This document shows, piece by piece, positions 25,881 to 38,846 of a stretch of 64,000 nucleotides of DNA. Position 1 is the first letter of the stretch, and the number at the start of each line of letters is the position of its first letter. The notes beneath the pieces are model-generated. The model was given only the letters and a program-made list of their open reading frames with translations. It was not told where the DNA came from and ran no database searches. The position numbers and the translations under genes were made by a program. This stretch comes from Podarcis liolepis (Eukaryota), in assembly GCA_965112155.1 (NCBI GenBank), contig OZ218101.1; one strand, given 5' to 3'.

Positions 25881-26025
25881 CATAGTCATAGAACCACAGA
25901 GATGGAAAGGACCACGAGGGTCTTCTGGTCCAATCTCTTGCAATGTACGAATCTTTTACCCAACGTGGGGCTTGAACCCACGACCCTGAAATTAAGAGTC
26001 TCGTGCTCTACCAACTGAGCTATCC
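25881..26025 (-). mobile_element. tRNA-Lys(CTT)-derived SINE with CR1 3' tail
   Basis: Minus strand ggatagctcagttggtagagcacgagactcttaatttcagggtcgtgggttcaagccccacgttggg (A and B boxes, CTT anticodon) joined to a CR1-like end. Confidence 0.85.
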
Positions 26026-26137
26026 ATAGCTCCACGCTGAAGGGTTTGTTTTAAAGAAGATACGCTGTATGTGGGTGAGTGATATTAAACTCTCGCCCTG
26101 CCCACTCCTTATCTCCCTACAGTTCTTCCATCCAGGT

Positions 26138-26280
26138 CAGGAATGGGGAACTTGCATCCCCCACCCAGATGTTTCAGGACTCCAACTCCTATCATCCCTG
26201 ACCATTGGCTAGGATGGGATAGATGGAAGTTAGAGTCCAACAACATATGGAGAGCCACAGGGTCTCTCCCCACCCCCACC
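26138..26280. mobile_element. Decayed ~140-bp palindromic hAT MITE
   Basis: ccagatgtttcaggactccaactcctatcatccc...gatggaagttagagtccaacaacatatgga; same family as 29162. Confidence 0.6.
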
Positions 26281-27619
26281 CCCATTCTGGGTGTTTTCAT
26301 CCCAGATAGGCACATGGCTGGTGTCAAAGCATGCCTGAAGGAAAAGTTAGATTACAGTCAATTTTGCAGGGAGGAAAACCATGGACAGAGGATAGGAGAG
26401 TTCAGTACCCCACGCCTTGCACATCATTTTGCTCTCCCCCACCCCCAGTCTGCTTTATAATGTAACTAGGACGGGCCCACATGAGGCATTTTAAAATATT
26501 TTTTCCTCACACTAGTGGTGACTGCATCCTTTTGTATTAATATTCCAAGGATAAATGATTGTGAGCCTCCTTTTCTTTTTTCTTTTTTGTTTCCGATTTT
26601 TATTGTTACACATATAATTGCAAATGAAAGGGGAAAAGGCAGAACACAGTAGCTGAAGGGAAGAAAGGGGAAACACATTCATTCTTTTCCTCATATACGG
26701 GCAAGAACAAGCTCCAGATTAAAACAAAATCTACAATGGTATCTCAAAAATGCTTTCTATCTTTTTTGAAACGGCGCAGCAGGAAGCATCAATAAAAGGG
26801 GGAAAGATAGAATAATAATAATATAGTTTTCTATAGCGGTGAGTGTGAAACTTTTATTAGCAAAAAAAATATAATGGAAATTGAATTTCATATGTGAGCA
26901 ATAGGACATGGCGATATACAGAGTCTTGTTGCAGCTATTGTATAATACCAAGGTTTCTTTGAAGGGCAAAACAGTTTATTGCAGCCACACAAATCTGTGC
27001 TTACACCTAGAGTTCTCCCATACTACAGTGGGTTTCATATTTTATAAGAAATAGAAAAAGCAATTGCTGTCAATAGTTGTCTGTAATGAACAGGAACCTG
27101 CAGCTAATTATATGGTATAGGATTTCATGGTAAGATTATTCAGATTCTCCATTTTCAAATTTGCATGTAGTCTTCCAGTGCAATCCAAACCATGGCTACT
27201 TAGAAGTAAGTCCTGTTGGTTTCAATGGTGCTTAGTTCCAGGTTAGTGGAGTTAAGACTGCAGCCCAAAGAACTAATTTCTGAATTCAGGAGAGAGACCT
27301 TGAGACATAGATGATAGTTCAGTGAAAATGTAAACTCAGTGTGTGGGAACTGTTAAAATAAAGAGGCAAATTGGATGCTAGGGATTATTAAGAATGGTGG
27401 AATTGTAAAGTCTTTGTATAAGTCTGGATTCAGAGTTCTCATGAGTGGAATACTGTGCATGGGATACCGTAGCTAGAGAAAAGGTGGGAAGTGGTTCTGG
27501 GGTTGCAGGAGAAGGGATAATCAGCATAAATTGCTTCCCCTCTTCCTGCAATGGAAGGCTTTGCAGGTTTTCAGCTCCTTCCCCAAATGAAAGAGTCCCA
27601 GGGTAACTGTAGATCCAGC

Positions 27620-27772
27620 CCCATGTCATTTTGGCTGTTCTTGTCTGCACGTTTTCTAGCTGTACAGTATCTTTTGAGCTGGGACAATCAGATCTGCACA
27701 GACGAAAAGTGCAGAAGAGGACAGTCAAATGATCAAAGGCTTGGAGTACCTTCTCTAGGATAAAAGGCTTCT
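27620..27772. mobile_element. Two CR1 ORF2 fragments in inverted orientation
   Basis: Minus strand SKDTVQLENVQTRTAKM; plus strand EKVQKR.VKMIKGLEYL (frameshifted). Confidence 0.55.
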
Positions 27773-28069
27773 GTCATCACCCCTGAGTCCAGCAGCAATT
27801 CAGAAAGAGGCTGCACAGGTCAAGCTAAGGAGTCAGGCCAGGTTTGAGAAGAGATTCTAAAACTTTAGAAGCCATGGATAAAAGCTTTTTAAAATTATTT
27901 TTCAATGAAAATCTAATGTTGGGGGAAATGGAAAACAATACGCAATACTTATCTTTTAGCACCCTTTATAGACTGAAAGTTACTTTGTTAATACAGGACC
28001 ATAAAATGTATTATGTGACAACAGAGGTATTATGTGTCTTGAGTTCTCAAGTCTAGGATCTGGAGAGAC

Positions 28070-28560
28070 AGCCTATTCTGGGCCAGGTTTCACTCCCTTG
28101 AAAGGAGCAGCAATGTAGCCTCAGGGGGCTCCTGGATTCAACCTCTGTCGCTGGAGGCCCAGGTGACGCCGATGGCTAGTAGTGCCTTTTTCCAGCTCCA
28201 GCTGGTCTGCCAGCTAGGCCCTGTATTAGACAGAAATGACTTCACCACTGACCTAAGTTATCATGCTCTGATAACTTCCAGATTGGATTGCTACAATGCG
28301 CTCTATGTAGGACTGTCCAGAAACTTCAGTTGGTCCGAAATGCAGCGGTTGGGGTTCCATTTAGATCTGGCATAGCCCCACTTTTAAAACAGCTGTATTA
28401 GTTACCAATTCATGGTGTTCACATTAGTATTTAAAGCCCTAAACAACTCAGACCACAAGGGTCTGAAAGACCTCCTCCTTCCCTATAGACCCTCTAGCTG
28501 GTTGTTATTAAGATCAGTAAAGGGGTCCATCTCGGTAGTTCTGCTTCCTTCAGAAGCTCT
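28070..28560 (+). mobile_element. L2 LINE fragment
   Basis: ASSAFFQLQLVCQLGPVLDR...HALITSRLDCYNALYVGL, ...VFKALNNS. Confidence 0.85.
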
Positions 28561-28596
28561 TCCCCCAAAGAATTAAAGAATTCTGGTTTGCTAAGG

Positions 28597-28894
28597 CAGT
28601 GCTGGATTTATGTATAAGCTAAACAAGCTATAGCTTAGGGCCCCACTCTCTTGCCCCCCCCAAAGAAACTAGATGTACATTTCCAAAATATAAGATAACA
28701 AACAAATAAAATAAAACCTACATACAGCAGCAGTGTTTTGTGTTGTGTAGGCTCCTATTAGGTTGATAAATTACCATATAGCATATGTTCAAAAAAGCAG
28801 TGACAATTTGTTGTTGACAAAGGACAGCTGGACATATAAAGGGCCCCATTACCTTCAGTAGCTTAGGGCCTCATCAAACCTAAATCCGGCCCTG
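28597..28894. mobile_element. Non-autonomous hAT element
   Basis: TIRs cagtgctggattta / taaatccggccctg; perfect 8-bp TSD tgctaagg (28589-28596, 28895-28902). Confidence 0.9.
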
Positions 28895-29161
28895 TGCTAA
28901 GGTGTGGGAATTGTATGTCTGTGAGAGGTAAACGACACTTCCTTGGGGGCAGGGGAGCCATGCGCCTCAAATGTGCATCAAATGTATAGTCTGGGTGTGA
29001 TATTAGTTTGCTTTCAACCTCTGTTGGAGCAGGTTGCTGACTCAGAGCTATCCATGGTTCTGCAACTCCTGGACTGCCTTAACCGCCTGGGATCCGGCAC
29101 CAGACTCAAACAGGACAGCTTTTTTGTTTAGAAATGACAGCTAAGGAAAGACATAATAGAG

Positions 29162-29297
29162 CAGGCTTTCTCAACCTCGGCCCTCCAGATGTTTTTGGCC
29201 TACAAATCCCATGATCCCTAGCTAGCAGGACAAGTGGTCAGGGATGATGGGAATTGTAGTTTCAAAACATCTGGAGGGCCGAGGTTGAGGAAGCCTG
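29162..29297. mobile_element. 136-bp palindromic hAT MITE
   Basis: caggctttctcaacctcggccctccagatgtttt / aaaacatctggagggccgaggttgaggaagcctg; TSD taatagag / taatggag (7/8). Confidence 0.9.
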
Positions 29298-29319
29298 TAA
29301 TGGAGGTTTATTAAATATC

Positions 29320-29346
29320 TAATTAATTAATTAATTAATTAATTAA
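29320..29346. repeat. (TAAT)n self-complementary microsatellite
   Basis: taattaattaattaattaattaattaa. Confidence 0.9.
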
Positions 29347-30468
29347 CATTATTAGAAATTTATTTATATTATTTATTTATATTATTTAGCTGCTTGGTCT
29401 TATCCAGCAGGGTGCTTCTTAAATGGACACTCATTGTTGGGATGCTATGGGAACGCAGCAGACGGACCTTCTATATGTGAAGAGATTTTCAATTTTCAAT
29501 TTTGTTAGCATATCTAAGATTAGAACTTGGCACTGTTACATTCGTTATGTGTAAAGAAAGTATGAGCTTGTCAAAAATGACTAATACACTGAGAAAAAGG
29601 AAGGAAACAAATTCAGAAAAAATTGTCAAACAGATGTACAATATATTTATTTATTCACTCTTTAGAAGAAAAGAAAAGTCTGTCCTTAATAAAATAATTG
29701 AGAGTGTAAAACTCCATATTCATGTGGATCAGCACAAAGCAAGATTGGAGTCTACAGCCAAAATTTCATTTAGACAGAAGAAAGATTGCTAAATAGTTTT
29801 GAAAACTTGTCCATTTTTTTAAAAAAGATACTTGAAATGCCATGGTTATTTTTTTTTTTGGGGGGGGGTTTACACAGCCAGTTGACATGATAATTATGCC
29901 ATGTCCTTCTTTACACGTATATGTGAGTTGTAATTGGTTATGTAGATGTGTGCCTGATTATATATGCGTTTACTCAGAAGTAAATGCCTTTTGACTTAAG
30001 CTATGGTAAGTATGCCGAGGATTAAAACCTTCCTTTAAAAAGAGAGAGAAATGAACAAACTTGTAATTAGGAATCGTAGTAGTGGAATGTTGCTGTTAAC
30101 TCTTTCGTGGGAGGAGAATAAGGAACTTTTCACCAAATGCAATAAGAATATAAGAAGAGATCTGCTGGATTGTGCCAAAGACCTGTCTAGTCAAACGTTC
30201 TGTTCTCGCCGTGGCCATCAAGTCCCCTGGGAAGTCCATGAACAGGACTTTACACTATCCCCAATTGTGATTCCAAACAATTAGGTATTCAGAGGCATAT
30301 TTGCTCTCATAGTGGAGGTTGAACAAGCCCCTGTGGCTAGTAGCCCTTGATTGTATTGTCCCAGGGTATGGTATTAAGACTTATGATGAAACCAAGTTGA
30401 TGAAGCTAAGCAGATCTGACCTGATCAATTCCTGGCCAGGAAACTGCTTACAGTTCCTCCCCACCCCA

Positions 30469-30768
30469 GAGGAGCCAGTGTGGTATAGTGGTTAAGAGGG
30501 GTAGACTCATAATCTGGTGAACTGGGTTCGCATCTCCGCTCCTCCACATGCAGCTGCTGGGTGACCTTGGGCCAGTCACACTTCTCTGAAGTCTCTCAGC
30601 CCCACTCACCTCACAGAGTGTTTGTTGTGGGGGAGGAAGGGAAAGGAGAATGTTAGCCGCTTTGAGACTCCTTAAAGGGAGTGAAAGGCAGGATATCAAA
30701 TCCAACTCTTCTTCTTCTTCTTCTTCTTCTTCTTCTTCTTCTTCTTCTTCTTCTTCTTCTTCTTCTTC
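30469..30768 (+). mobile_element. tRNA-headed CORE SINE (MIR/Ther1-related, Squam3-like) with (CTT)n tail
   Basis: A box tggtatagtgg, B box ggttcgcatc, CORE gctgggtgaccttgggccagtcac, L2-like end agccgctttgag; near-identical to 49545 and 57023. Confidence 0.88.
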
Positions 30769-32037
30769 ATGAATTAGTGCAGACATTGCATCACTTCAGT
30801 TTGTTGGGTTCCCTAGGATTCTCCCATGATGGTAATTCCCTTGTTTGTTAAGGGCTCAATGCCTTTGCATTGAATCTTGAATTAGAAACAGCACTGGCCA
30901 AAGGACATTCTCAGATGATCTGCTCCATATTTTGAAAATTCAACACACATTTTTCGTTAGATAACCCTGAGTGCAGATCTACCAACCTAAAAACAAAAGA
31001 GATACTTAACACTCCCAGTCGGTGTTAATTCACTCACATGACCATATTATGTTAGGGTTATTGTTCAGCTGTGCAAAGTCTATCTAATTTGTGCCCTTAA
31101 TGTGTCACAAAAGGCTTCATACAAAAAAGACTTAATACATTCCTCCCTAAATTGCAACCCCCTCAAATTTACTGTGAATGCTGAGACATGAAACTCTGAA
31201 AGTAAGACGCAAGGCGAAAATGTAACTGTGATATCGTTATATAACATAGCTGTTTCTGCTTCATGTTTCTGAAAGGAGTTATGTTGCATTCCAGTTTTAA
31301 ATACATTTACCTAGACATAAGCATGGTTAAGTGCAATAGATCTTATGTAAAAGTTAAGGTGCTTACAGTGCGGTCCTCCTAAGCATGTTCACTCAGAAGC
31401 CCATATCACTGAATGCAATAGGTTTACTCCTGAGTAGGAGGATTGCAGACTTGCACGGTAGTCTCAACAAATTTACTATCAATTCCTATTTATTTCTATG
31501 GAAATGTACTTCTCTGCAAGTGTCAAGGCTGCAGCAATAGTGGGTTATGAGTCAAAACTCCCACAGGATGGATGTCCACTCACTGGAAATGCTGTAGAAG
31601 TAAATTTCCTGTATTAACAGGCGGTTGATCTAGCTAACCTATGAGGTTCTTTTAATTTTATGACACTGTGGCTTTCCCCAACAGTATTGAGTAGAAATTA
31701 CTTTTATGTTTTCTTTGCTGTTTTAGTGCTCCAAATGTATTGTATATTCAGTGTCATTTTCTGAAACTATTCAATGCATTTTCCATGTTGGGATGAGCTA
31801 TCTGACACTCATAATGATCCAGCAGCATTTATTACGCTTTCTAAGCCCATTGATTTCAGGAGGTTCAAGGCTGTTTAAGTCTGCACTGAATTGTTGTCTT
31901 TTTTGTCTAATGTCTTTTTCTTTTCTCATGAGGAGCAGAATTCATTAGCAGAATAAGGCTTTTGCTACATTTCCTTCTTAAGATTTGCTTCTGCCAAGAG
32001 GTTACATATAAGTATTTGAGTTACCAATAGCTATTTG

Positions 32038-32380
32038 CAAGGCTTTTTCTTTCAGCTGGAATTTGACAGAAATCAGTTCCAGCACCTCTCTGGTGGGTGC
32101 CAATGCCATTCTAAGAGAACAAGTGGAGGAAGGGGGTGCGGTGGGCGTAGTCCACCCTGGGTGTCATCCCTGGGGGTGGGGTGTGTGACATTGCCACCCC
32201 CCTGGAACGCTCACTGTTTGCCTTGGGCGGCACCCCCTGGGCTGCTCACTGCTCGCTGCGGGCGGTGCCCCCGCAGCGGCTAGCCCTCCCCCCCAGGTGC
32301 CAGAGCAGCTAGCTCCACCTCTGAACAAGGGAGGTGTTCATGGTGAATTTTGACACCCCTTTTTCTCGAAAAATAACACT
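32038..32380. mobile_element. hAT-like MITE containing a nested GC-rich hAT fragment (~32124-32323)
   Basis: Outer ends caaggctttttc / aaaaataacactc; inner segment bounded by aacaagtg / aacaaggg and ending gctccacctctg. Confidence 0.55.
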
Positions 32381-33570
32381 CAATAGCCTGTTTGACATTC
32401 CCAGTGGCCTTGGGATTTATTTCTTATTTTTATTTTGCAAAGTGTATATCTGATGTAGACTGCTTCTACTTGTGGCGTTCATGATAATGCCACTATAGAA
32501 ATTAGCATTGAAAATCCATCACTCAAGTGGGAGCAAGGGATGACCAGAAAAGCAAAGAACACACTTTGCACTGGAAGACACAAAGAATTAAAAGCGGATA
32601 TCAGAACAAGTGGAGTGAAGCCGACAAGATGACTGTGCTCTCAGGTGTTCTCAGAATATTTAGAACTTGGGGTAGTAGCTGTTTCGAGCATTTGCACATC
32701 ATTGTTTGGGTGTGGCAACAACATGAGGCATCTTCTGCATTATTATTATTTTTTCTGTATAGAAGTAAAACCTGGAAAATGTGGCTTATCTTAATGATGG
32801 CATCAAACAATAAAAAGGCCAGCTTCTGTGTGGTTCTGGGGTGACAAAAGTTGCTCAGTTCACATTATTAGCTTGAGACTTTGGTCTATGATGTTTATTC
32901 CCCTAAGTATAAATACCATATCATGCAAAGTTCAGTTGTGCACGGGGTAGTTTCTTACAAAAAGCTAAGCCAAAATATTGGCAGGGCTGTTAGGAAAGGT
33001 CCAAACATTTCTGTTTCTGGTGTTAAAATGGCAGAACATGCGGATAACACAAAATTGCATGCAGATTGTGCCACAATATCGCTATTAAACTCATTCTAGT
33101 CTTTTAGCTTAGGCATAACAATTTTACTCTCTTTTTAAAGTATTATTAATAGACATCAGAAATGATGAAGATAATAGAACCAGGGAACAAATTAATATCT
33201 GAGGGGATGGGAGGTAATTAATTATATTAATTTATCTTCAAATTTGATGGTGAATAGCAACTTTTCAAAATAAGACAGCTTTTGTTGATAGGAAGGATCT
33301 TGGTCCTGATAATGAATTGCTTCCCAAATCACTCTTCTTTTATGCTCTACCATTTTCAGTCCAAATTTTATGAGATGTATTGCAGACCTAATTCACTTCC
33401 AGTCATTTAACTGGCAAATTCAGGGTTAAACATATTCACAGTGTAATCCTGTGCATGTCTACTTAGAAGAATCACTTGATACAAGGCACACTGAAGTAAA
33501 AATGTCCCTGTACTTCAAAAATAAAAATGTGGAAGTGTGCAGATGCAAGATGGTGAGATATGACAACATA

Positions 33571-33935
33571 AAAAAGGTAAAGGTACCCCTGCCTGTACGG
33601 GCCAGTCGTGTCCGACTCTAGGGTTGTGCGCTCATCTCACTTAAGAGGCTGGGAGCCAGCGCTGTCCGGAGACACTTCCGGGTCATGTGGCCAGCATTAC
33701 AAAGCTGCTCTGGCGAGCCGGCACCAGCGCAGCACACGGAAACGCCGTTTACCTTCCCGCTATAAAGTGGTACCTATTTATCTACTTGCACTTAGGGGTG
33801 CTTTCGAACTGCTAGGTGGGCAGGAGCTGGGACCGAAAGACGGGAGCTCACCCCGCCGCGGGGATTCGAACTGCCGACCATATGATTGGCAAGTCCTAGG
33901 CACTGAGGTTTTACCCACAGCGCCACCCGCGTCCC
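33571..33935 (-). mobile_element. Full-length Sauria SINE (Squam1)
   Basis: 11-bp TSD atgacaacata (33560-33570, 33936-33946); head gggacgcgggtggcgctgtgg; B box gttcgaatcc; ACCTTT tail. Confidence 0.95.
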
Positions 33936-34281
33936 ATGACAACATAGATATAAGTAATTGAGAACCACATACCACAAGTGCACTGCAAAGGCAGTAGGAG
34001 AATCTTTTTAAATATTTTCTAAATATTAGACATTTATCAACTGCCCATTAACTATGTCTTCTGGGTGGTTTACAGTTAAATCAACAAAATATACAATTTA
34101 AAAATAGAATAAATCAGTACAATGACTATATAAAAATCAAAAATATGCTTTCCAAAGTATTTAAAAATTAGCTAAAAGTGTTGCAAGGATTAAAATTTAC
34201 TAAATGTGGTGCTAAACAGCCTGGAAGAATAAAAAGGTTTTTACCCAGTGTCCTTTTTTTTTTTAAATGAACATATATGTA

Positions 34282-34717
34282 CAGTCAAGCCTTGGATCCC
34301 AAATGCCTCTGTTTTGGAATGTTTCAGCTCCTGAATGCCAAAAACCTGGAAGTAAATGCTCTGGTTTTTGAATGTTTTTTGGAAGCCGATTGTCCAGGGG
34401 AGGTGGCGGGTGGACTGTTTGGGCAGCATGGAGTCTGCGGGTGCCTAAGCCACCATGTCACTCCCAGGAGAGACGTGTAGCTCGGGCCCGCTGCAGGCCT
34501 CGCGGTGAGTGCGGCCTGGCATTTTGTCACCCCCCTCAGTGGTGACACCTGGGGCGGCCCGCCTCCACCACAGCCCCCTTCCTCCACCCCTGCGCGGCTT
34601 CCGCTTGAGTGCAGGAAGCTCCTGCAACCAATCGGAAGCCATGCCTCGGCTGTCAAACATTTCAGAAGCCAAATGAACTTCTGGAATGGATTACGTTCAA
34701 CAACCGAGATTTGACTG
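34282..34717. mobile_element. Tigger/pogo-like MITE with nested GC-rich hAT fragment (~34395-34592)
   Basis: TA-cagtcaagccttgg ... ccgagatttgactg-TA; inner segment ends ttcctccacccctg and matches the insert at 32124 in reverse. Confidence 0.75.
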
Positions 34718-34946
34718 TATAACTCAGCATTCAGTGCTTCATTCACAGAAATACAGACCCATAGTGAGCTAAGCTGAAGTTGGTGACATACTAGTGTTGC
34801 CTATCGTCAAGCCTTCCCAGATCCTTATCTACTAACTCTCTGGGATTTTATTAGGTCATCTTCAACATTAGGAAGAGGGCAACTGTGATTTCCCCTTCAC
34901 AGGAAATAAGTGGAGGGCGCAGAAATTGGATTGCTCACAAAACCTG

Positions 34947-35117
34947 GCCTGTGTACACTCTCTATTTAAAGCACATTCTTTCTCCCAAGGAATCATAGGA
35001 ACTGTAATTTGCTCCTCAGAGAGCTAAAGTCCCCAGCACCCTGAACTACCTAACTGAAGTTTCCAGGATTCTTTGGGGGAAATTATGTGCTTCAAGTGTA
35101 TGGTCTATATGCAACCT
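34947..35117. mobile_element. Palindromic MITE (relative at ~41810-42042)
   Basis: Arms aagcacattctttctcccaaggaatcataggaact / agtttccaggattctttgggggaaattatgtgctt. Confidence 0.55.
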
Positions 35118-36227
35118 TTAAAGAAGTAAAGGTCACAATTAAATGTCACTATATAGGTATAATTATCATCAGCCATACTTGAAGGAGGTATTGGGCAGAA
35201 TTAGAAAACAGTAAAGTGCAATACACAATAATCCTATGCTTCTTTCCTTAGGCGTAAGCACCACTGACTTCAACAGGGCTAACTCCCAGGAAAGTGTGTA
35301 TAGAAGTGCAGCCATAGTCAGAGTAACACCCAAGTGCACTAGAGAACAGATATTTCACCAAATAGCCAATTTAACAGCTCTCACCAAACAGCATCATTTG
35401 AGTTTACAACTCAGTATTTGCTTTTTAATGGGCTCAAGATTGGTCTCTTCTGAATCAGCCTTACTTCATGTTCTGAGAACTGTCTTTAGAAACAATCCCA
35501 GCTTGGCAGCTCCCATGTGCGGTTTACAGATTACAGTAAACAGCCTCCAAGAGCTGCTGAGCTGATTCAATGGAACATTCCTTTGTGTTTTCTCTGCATT
35601 TTTATTTCTTTCTCTCCACATTCGTCCCCCCCTACCCGGTGTGGTCAGCAGCCTTTGAACACTGGAAAGATGTGGATGGAATCACGGCATTCCTTGTTGC
35701 AATTCATAGCCAGCCACAATAGGAACTGAGGAACTCAATACGTCGAACACTCTCCTTGTAGAGTATATATACCCAAAGATATACTTTTCTGTGTCTGTCT
35801 TGACTGTATTCTGCACATTATGCACACTCAAAACAGTACAGAAAGGCTGAAGAAAGGTTTAGGAACAATTGAAATTGAGTCAAAGACGTTTTCATCTTCT
35901 TGGAAAAGTGAGTGCCTGATGTATCTCAACAGGGATGCTGTTAAATGATAGTTTAACATCCGCATGTGCTTTGCTTTCCTTTGCTCCTGACTGTGTCACA
36001 TGGGGAAAAGAAATAAGCCAGAGTCTAGCTTGCCATGACATGCAGATCGAAGATTGTGGCTTCCATCTTCCAAACAAACCATGAATGGTAAGCCAAGGTA
36101 GGGGGATAGTAAGACAGCTATAGTAATAGGAGGAGAGAGGGTCAAATCAGTATTCTCTCCTGTGGCAGTGCACAGTACAATTCCAGGCTAATGGTGACTG
36201 AAGATGGAGGAGGGTGACTTGAATTTG

Positions 36228-36628
36228 AATCACAGAATGGTAGAGTTAGAAGGGTCATCTAGTCCAACCCCCTGCAACCCATGAATCTCAATTAATGCAC
36301 CCATGGCAGATGGTCATCCAACCTCTGCTTAAAAGCCTTCAATGAAGAAGATTCCAACACCTTCCAAAAGAGTGCGTTCCACTGTCAAACAGCTCTTACC
36401 ACCAGAAAGTTCTTCCTGATGTTTAGTCAGAATCTCCTTTCTTGGAACTTTAATCCATTGGTTTGGGTCCTAGCCTCTGCACCAGGAGAAAACAAGCTTG
36501 CTCCATCCTCTGCGTGACAGCCCTTCAGATATTTGAAGATGGCCATTATATCTCCTCTACGTCTCCTCTTTTCCAGGCTAAACATACTCAACTCCTTCAG
36601 CTGTTCCTCATAAGGCTTGGTTTCCAAT
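36228..36628 (-). mobile_element. CR1 LINE 3' fragment
   Basis: LETKPYEEQLKELSMFSLEKRRRRGDIMAIFKYLKGCH...RTQTNGLKFQERRF, plus CR1 3' tail. Confidence 0.92.
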
Positions 36629-38639
36629 TGAAGGCTTACTGGAGTGTTACCCAAAATTGAAAATATGCACAAGCAGTTGAATGTCTGTGTGTGTTCATGC
36701 GTGCAGACAGGACATCAATCAATGGAAATAACTATTTAAGTAAGATACAAATTTGTAACAATATCAACTTTTCTAATATACAATACACACGGAATCCCCC
36801 CACCCCAACACTTTAGATGCACAGGATTTCTTTCTTTCTTTCTTTTTTAATGAAAGACAGTATTAAAAAGTCCGCTGCCTTCAGATGTAGGGAATATTGC
36901 ATTCGTTTTCCTTATTATAATGCTACTGCTTCTGTCCTGTTCACTAATGTTCCTTTCATACTGCTGTACTGTGTTATGGAATGGTGAATTTTTGACTGAT
37001 ACTCATACCAGCATGTCATGCTAGATTTCATGGTTTGGTGTGACACAACAATCAACATCATTGGACAACGTTGCTATGCCCTCATCATTTCTGCACATGT
37101 ATTGTTTGGTTTCCCAAGATTCCCCCATGGAAACAGCAGGAAGGAACTGTATGCCACCCCAAATGTTGTCACTTTACTCTCACAATTTTCAGGGTTAAGG
37201 GGGCTGCAAATGGATTTTTTTTATGGAATCAAATACCATGGAAATGGGGGTTAAATACGTACTATATTCCATTAGTTTCTTTTGGAAATGGGTTTTACAT
37301 CATGTGAAAGCTCAGATAAAACGTGGAAATTAACAGTTAGGGGGACATTGGGGAAATGGAATAAATTGCTGTGTAAATGCAGCCAAAGAGCCCATATGGT
37401 CTGTGTTTATTGGTCTGTGCAGGCTGTTGCTAGACCAGCCCTCTCTGTCAGTTGGCTGGCATATATGACTGGCATACACACTGGAACAGCAGGAGGGCCA
37501 AGATGCCATCATAAACATTTCAAGTTTATTATCAGCACTCTAAATTAAACACTTACCTGATTTTAATAAGAATCTAAAATAGAAATCTTTTACTCTTGTA
37601 AGTCTTTTCCTCCCTGGGCTGTGCTATTTTCTCTAAACTGTCCTACTTACATAACATTTCTGCTAGTATTAATTCCACTAGACTAAGAACTGCTGAAGCT
37701 CAATTTTGTCTCAACCCAAAGATGGGATTTGGTGTGTGAGTGGATTAGCCACTATCTTTTGCCATCCGAGACTGCTACATGAATCAAACAATTATTAAAT
37801 TGCAGAAGATAAAAGTCTTTGGTGAATGAGCCAAACATATTTTGTTGATAGCAGGCTGTGACTTAAAATGCATCTGGGATCCCTTTGTACTATCTGGAGT
37901 TCCTAATTTTATCATATCTGTTTTTAATAAAGGGGGTGGGATGGCGCTTAAGAAACGAGTCCATTGTTCCTCTGCTATAGCCTGTTTGTGCTTGTCTGCA
38001 AAGGGATTTTATATCTGTACTTTAGAAGATAAGAATGAATAAGAGAACCCCAGTCTGAGCTGCTGTCAGCCCCTAAGGACAGCACTGGCATGTCTAAGCA
38101 GTAGGAAGGCAACAGAGAAAGGAGTATATAACTTGCTGCAGTTTTAATCAGAATGCTTCCTATACAGCACTTTGACCTTTCAGTTGATTTCTGAGGCTAG
38201 GAATATACAGATCTATATATCAAGGAAAAATTATCGGTAGGCCCACCTTTTGTAAAAAATGTATCCCCCCCCCCGCAAAAAAAAGAAAGTTACAGGATGC
38301 TTGGGGAGTTTTCTGGGCTTTATTGCCCAGGAACCTTCCTTACATCCCAGATCTGAGAAAGAAAACCCTCTTTGGATTGTACTTCTCCCAAAGCCAGAGG
38401 ACACAGAATCTAACAAAATCTTGTGACATATCCTTAGAACACAAGGGGTATAGTAGGTGGAAAAGATTCTTGTGAGAACTGAATTTTTAAAACCAAGGAG
38501 GCCAAATGTCAAAGTATAAAGAATTGTATTGGGGGTGGGGGAGAGAAATGGAAAGGCAACATCACACAGAAATACTTGCAAACTGAATAGAAAGGGAACT
38601 CTAACATAAGCCAGTTGCATATTATCTGCTTGAGAAGAG

Positions 38640-38846
38640 CCTTGGGTTTCAGATAATGTGCAGAGTTCCTCACAGATGGGTTTGTGTCTTTGGTGACTGG
38701 TGATGGGCAGCGTCTGCCGGCACCATATAACACTGCCCCTAAAAGAACTGCATTTGCTCCCAGTACGTTTCCGAGCACAATTCGAAGTGTTGCCGCTGAC
38801 CTTTAAAGCACTAAATGGCCTTGGCCCTGTATACCCGAAGGAGTGT
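38640..38846 (+). mobile_element. L2 LINE fragment
   Basis: HHITLPLKELHLLPVRFRAQFEVLPLTFKALNGLGPVY. Confidence 0.85.

Noticed and set aside
25955-26025. Functional tRNA-Lys gene
   Set aside because: Incomplete acceptor stem, fused to a CR1 tail, with a second decayed copy at 4108; it is a SINE head
30448-30786. Poly-Glu/Lys ORFs here and at 49512 and 56974 with near-identical sequence
   Set aside because: Antisense translations of one SINE family and its triplet tails, not a gene family
34324-34746. GC-rich ORFs / possible CpG-island promoter
   Set aside because: GC and CpG content is explained by nested DNA transposons
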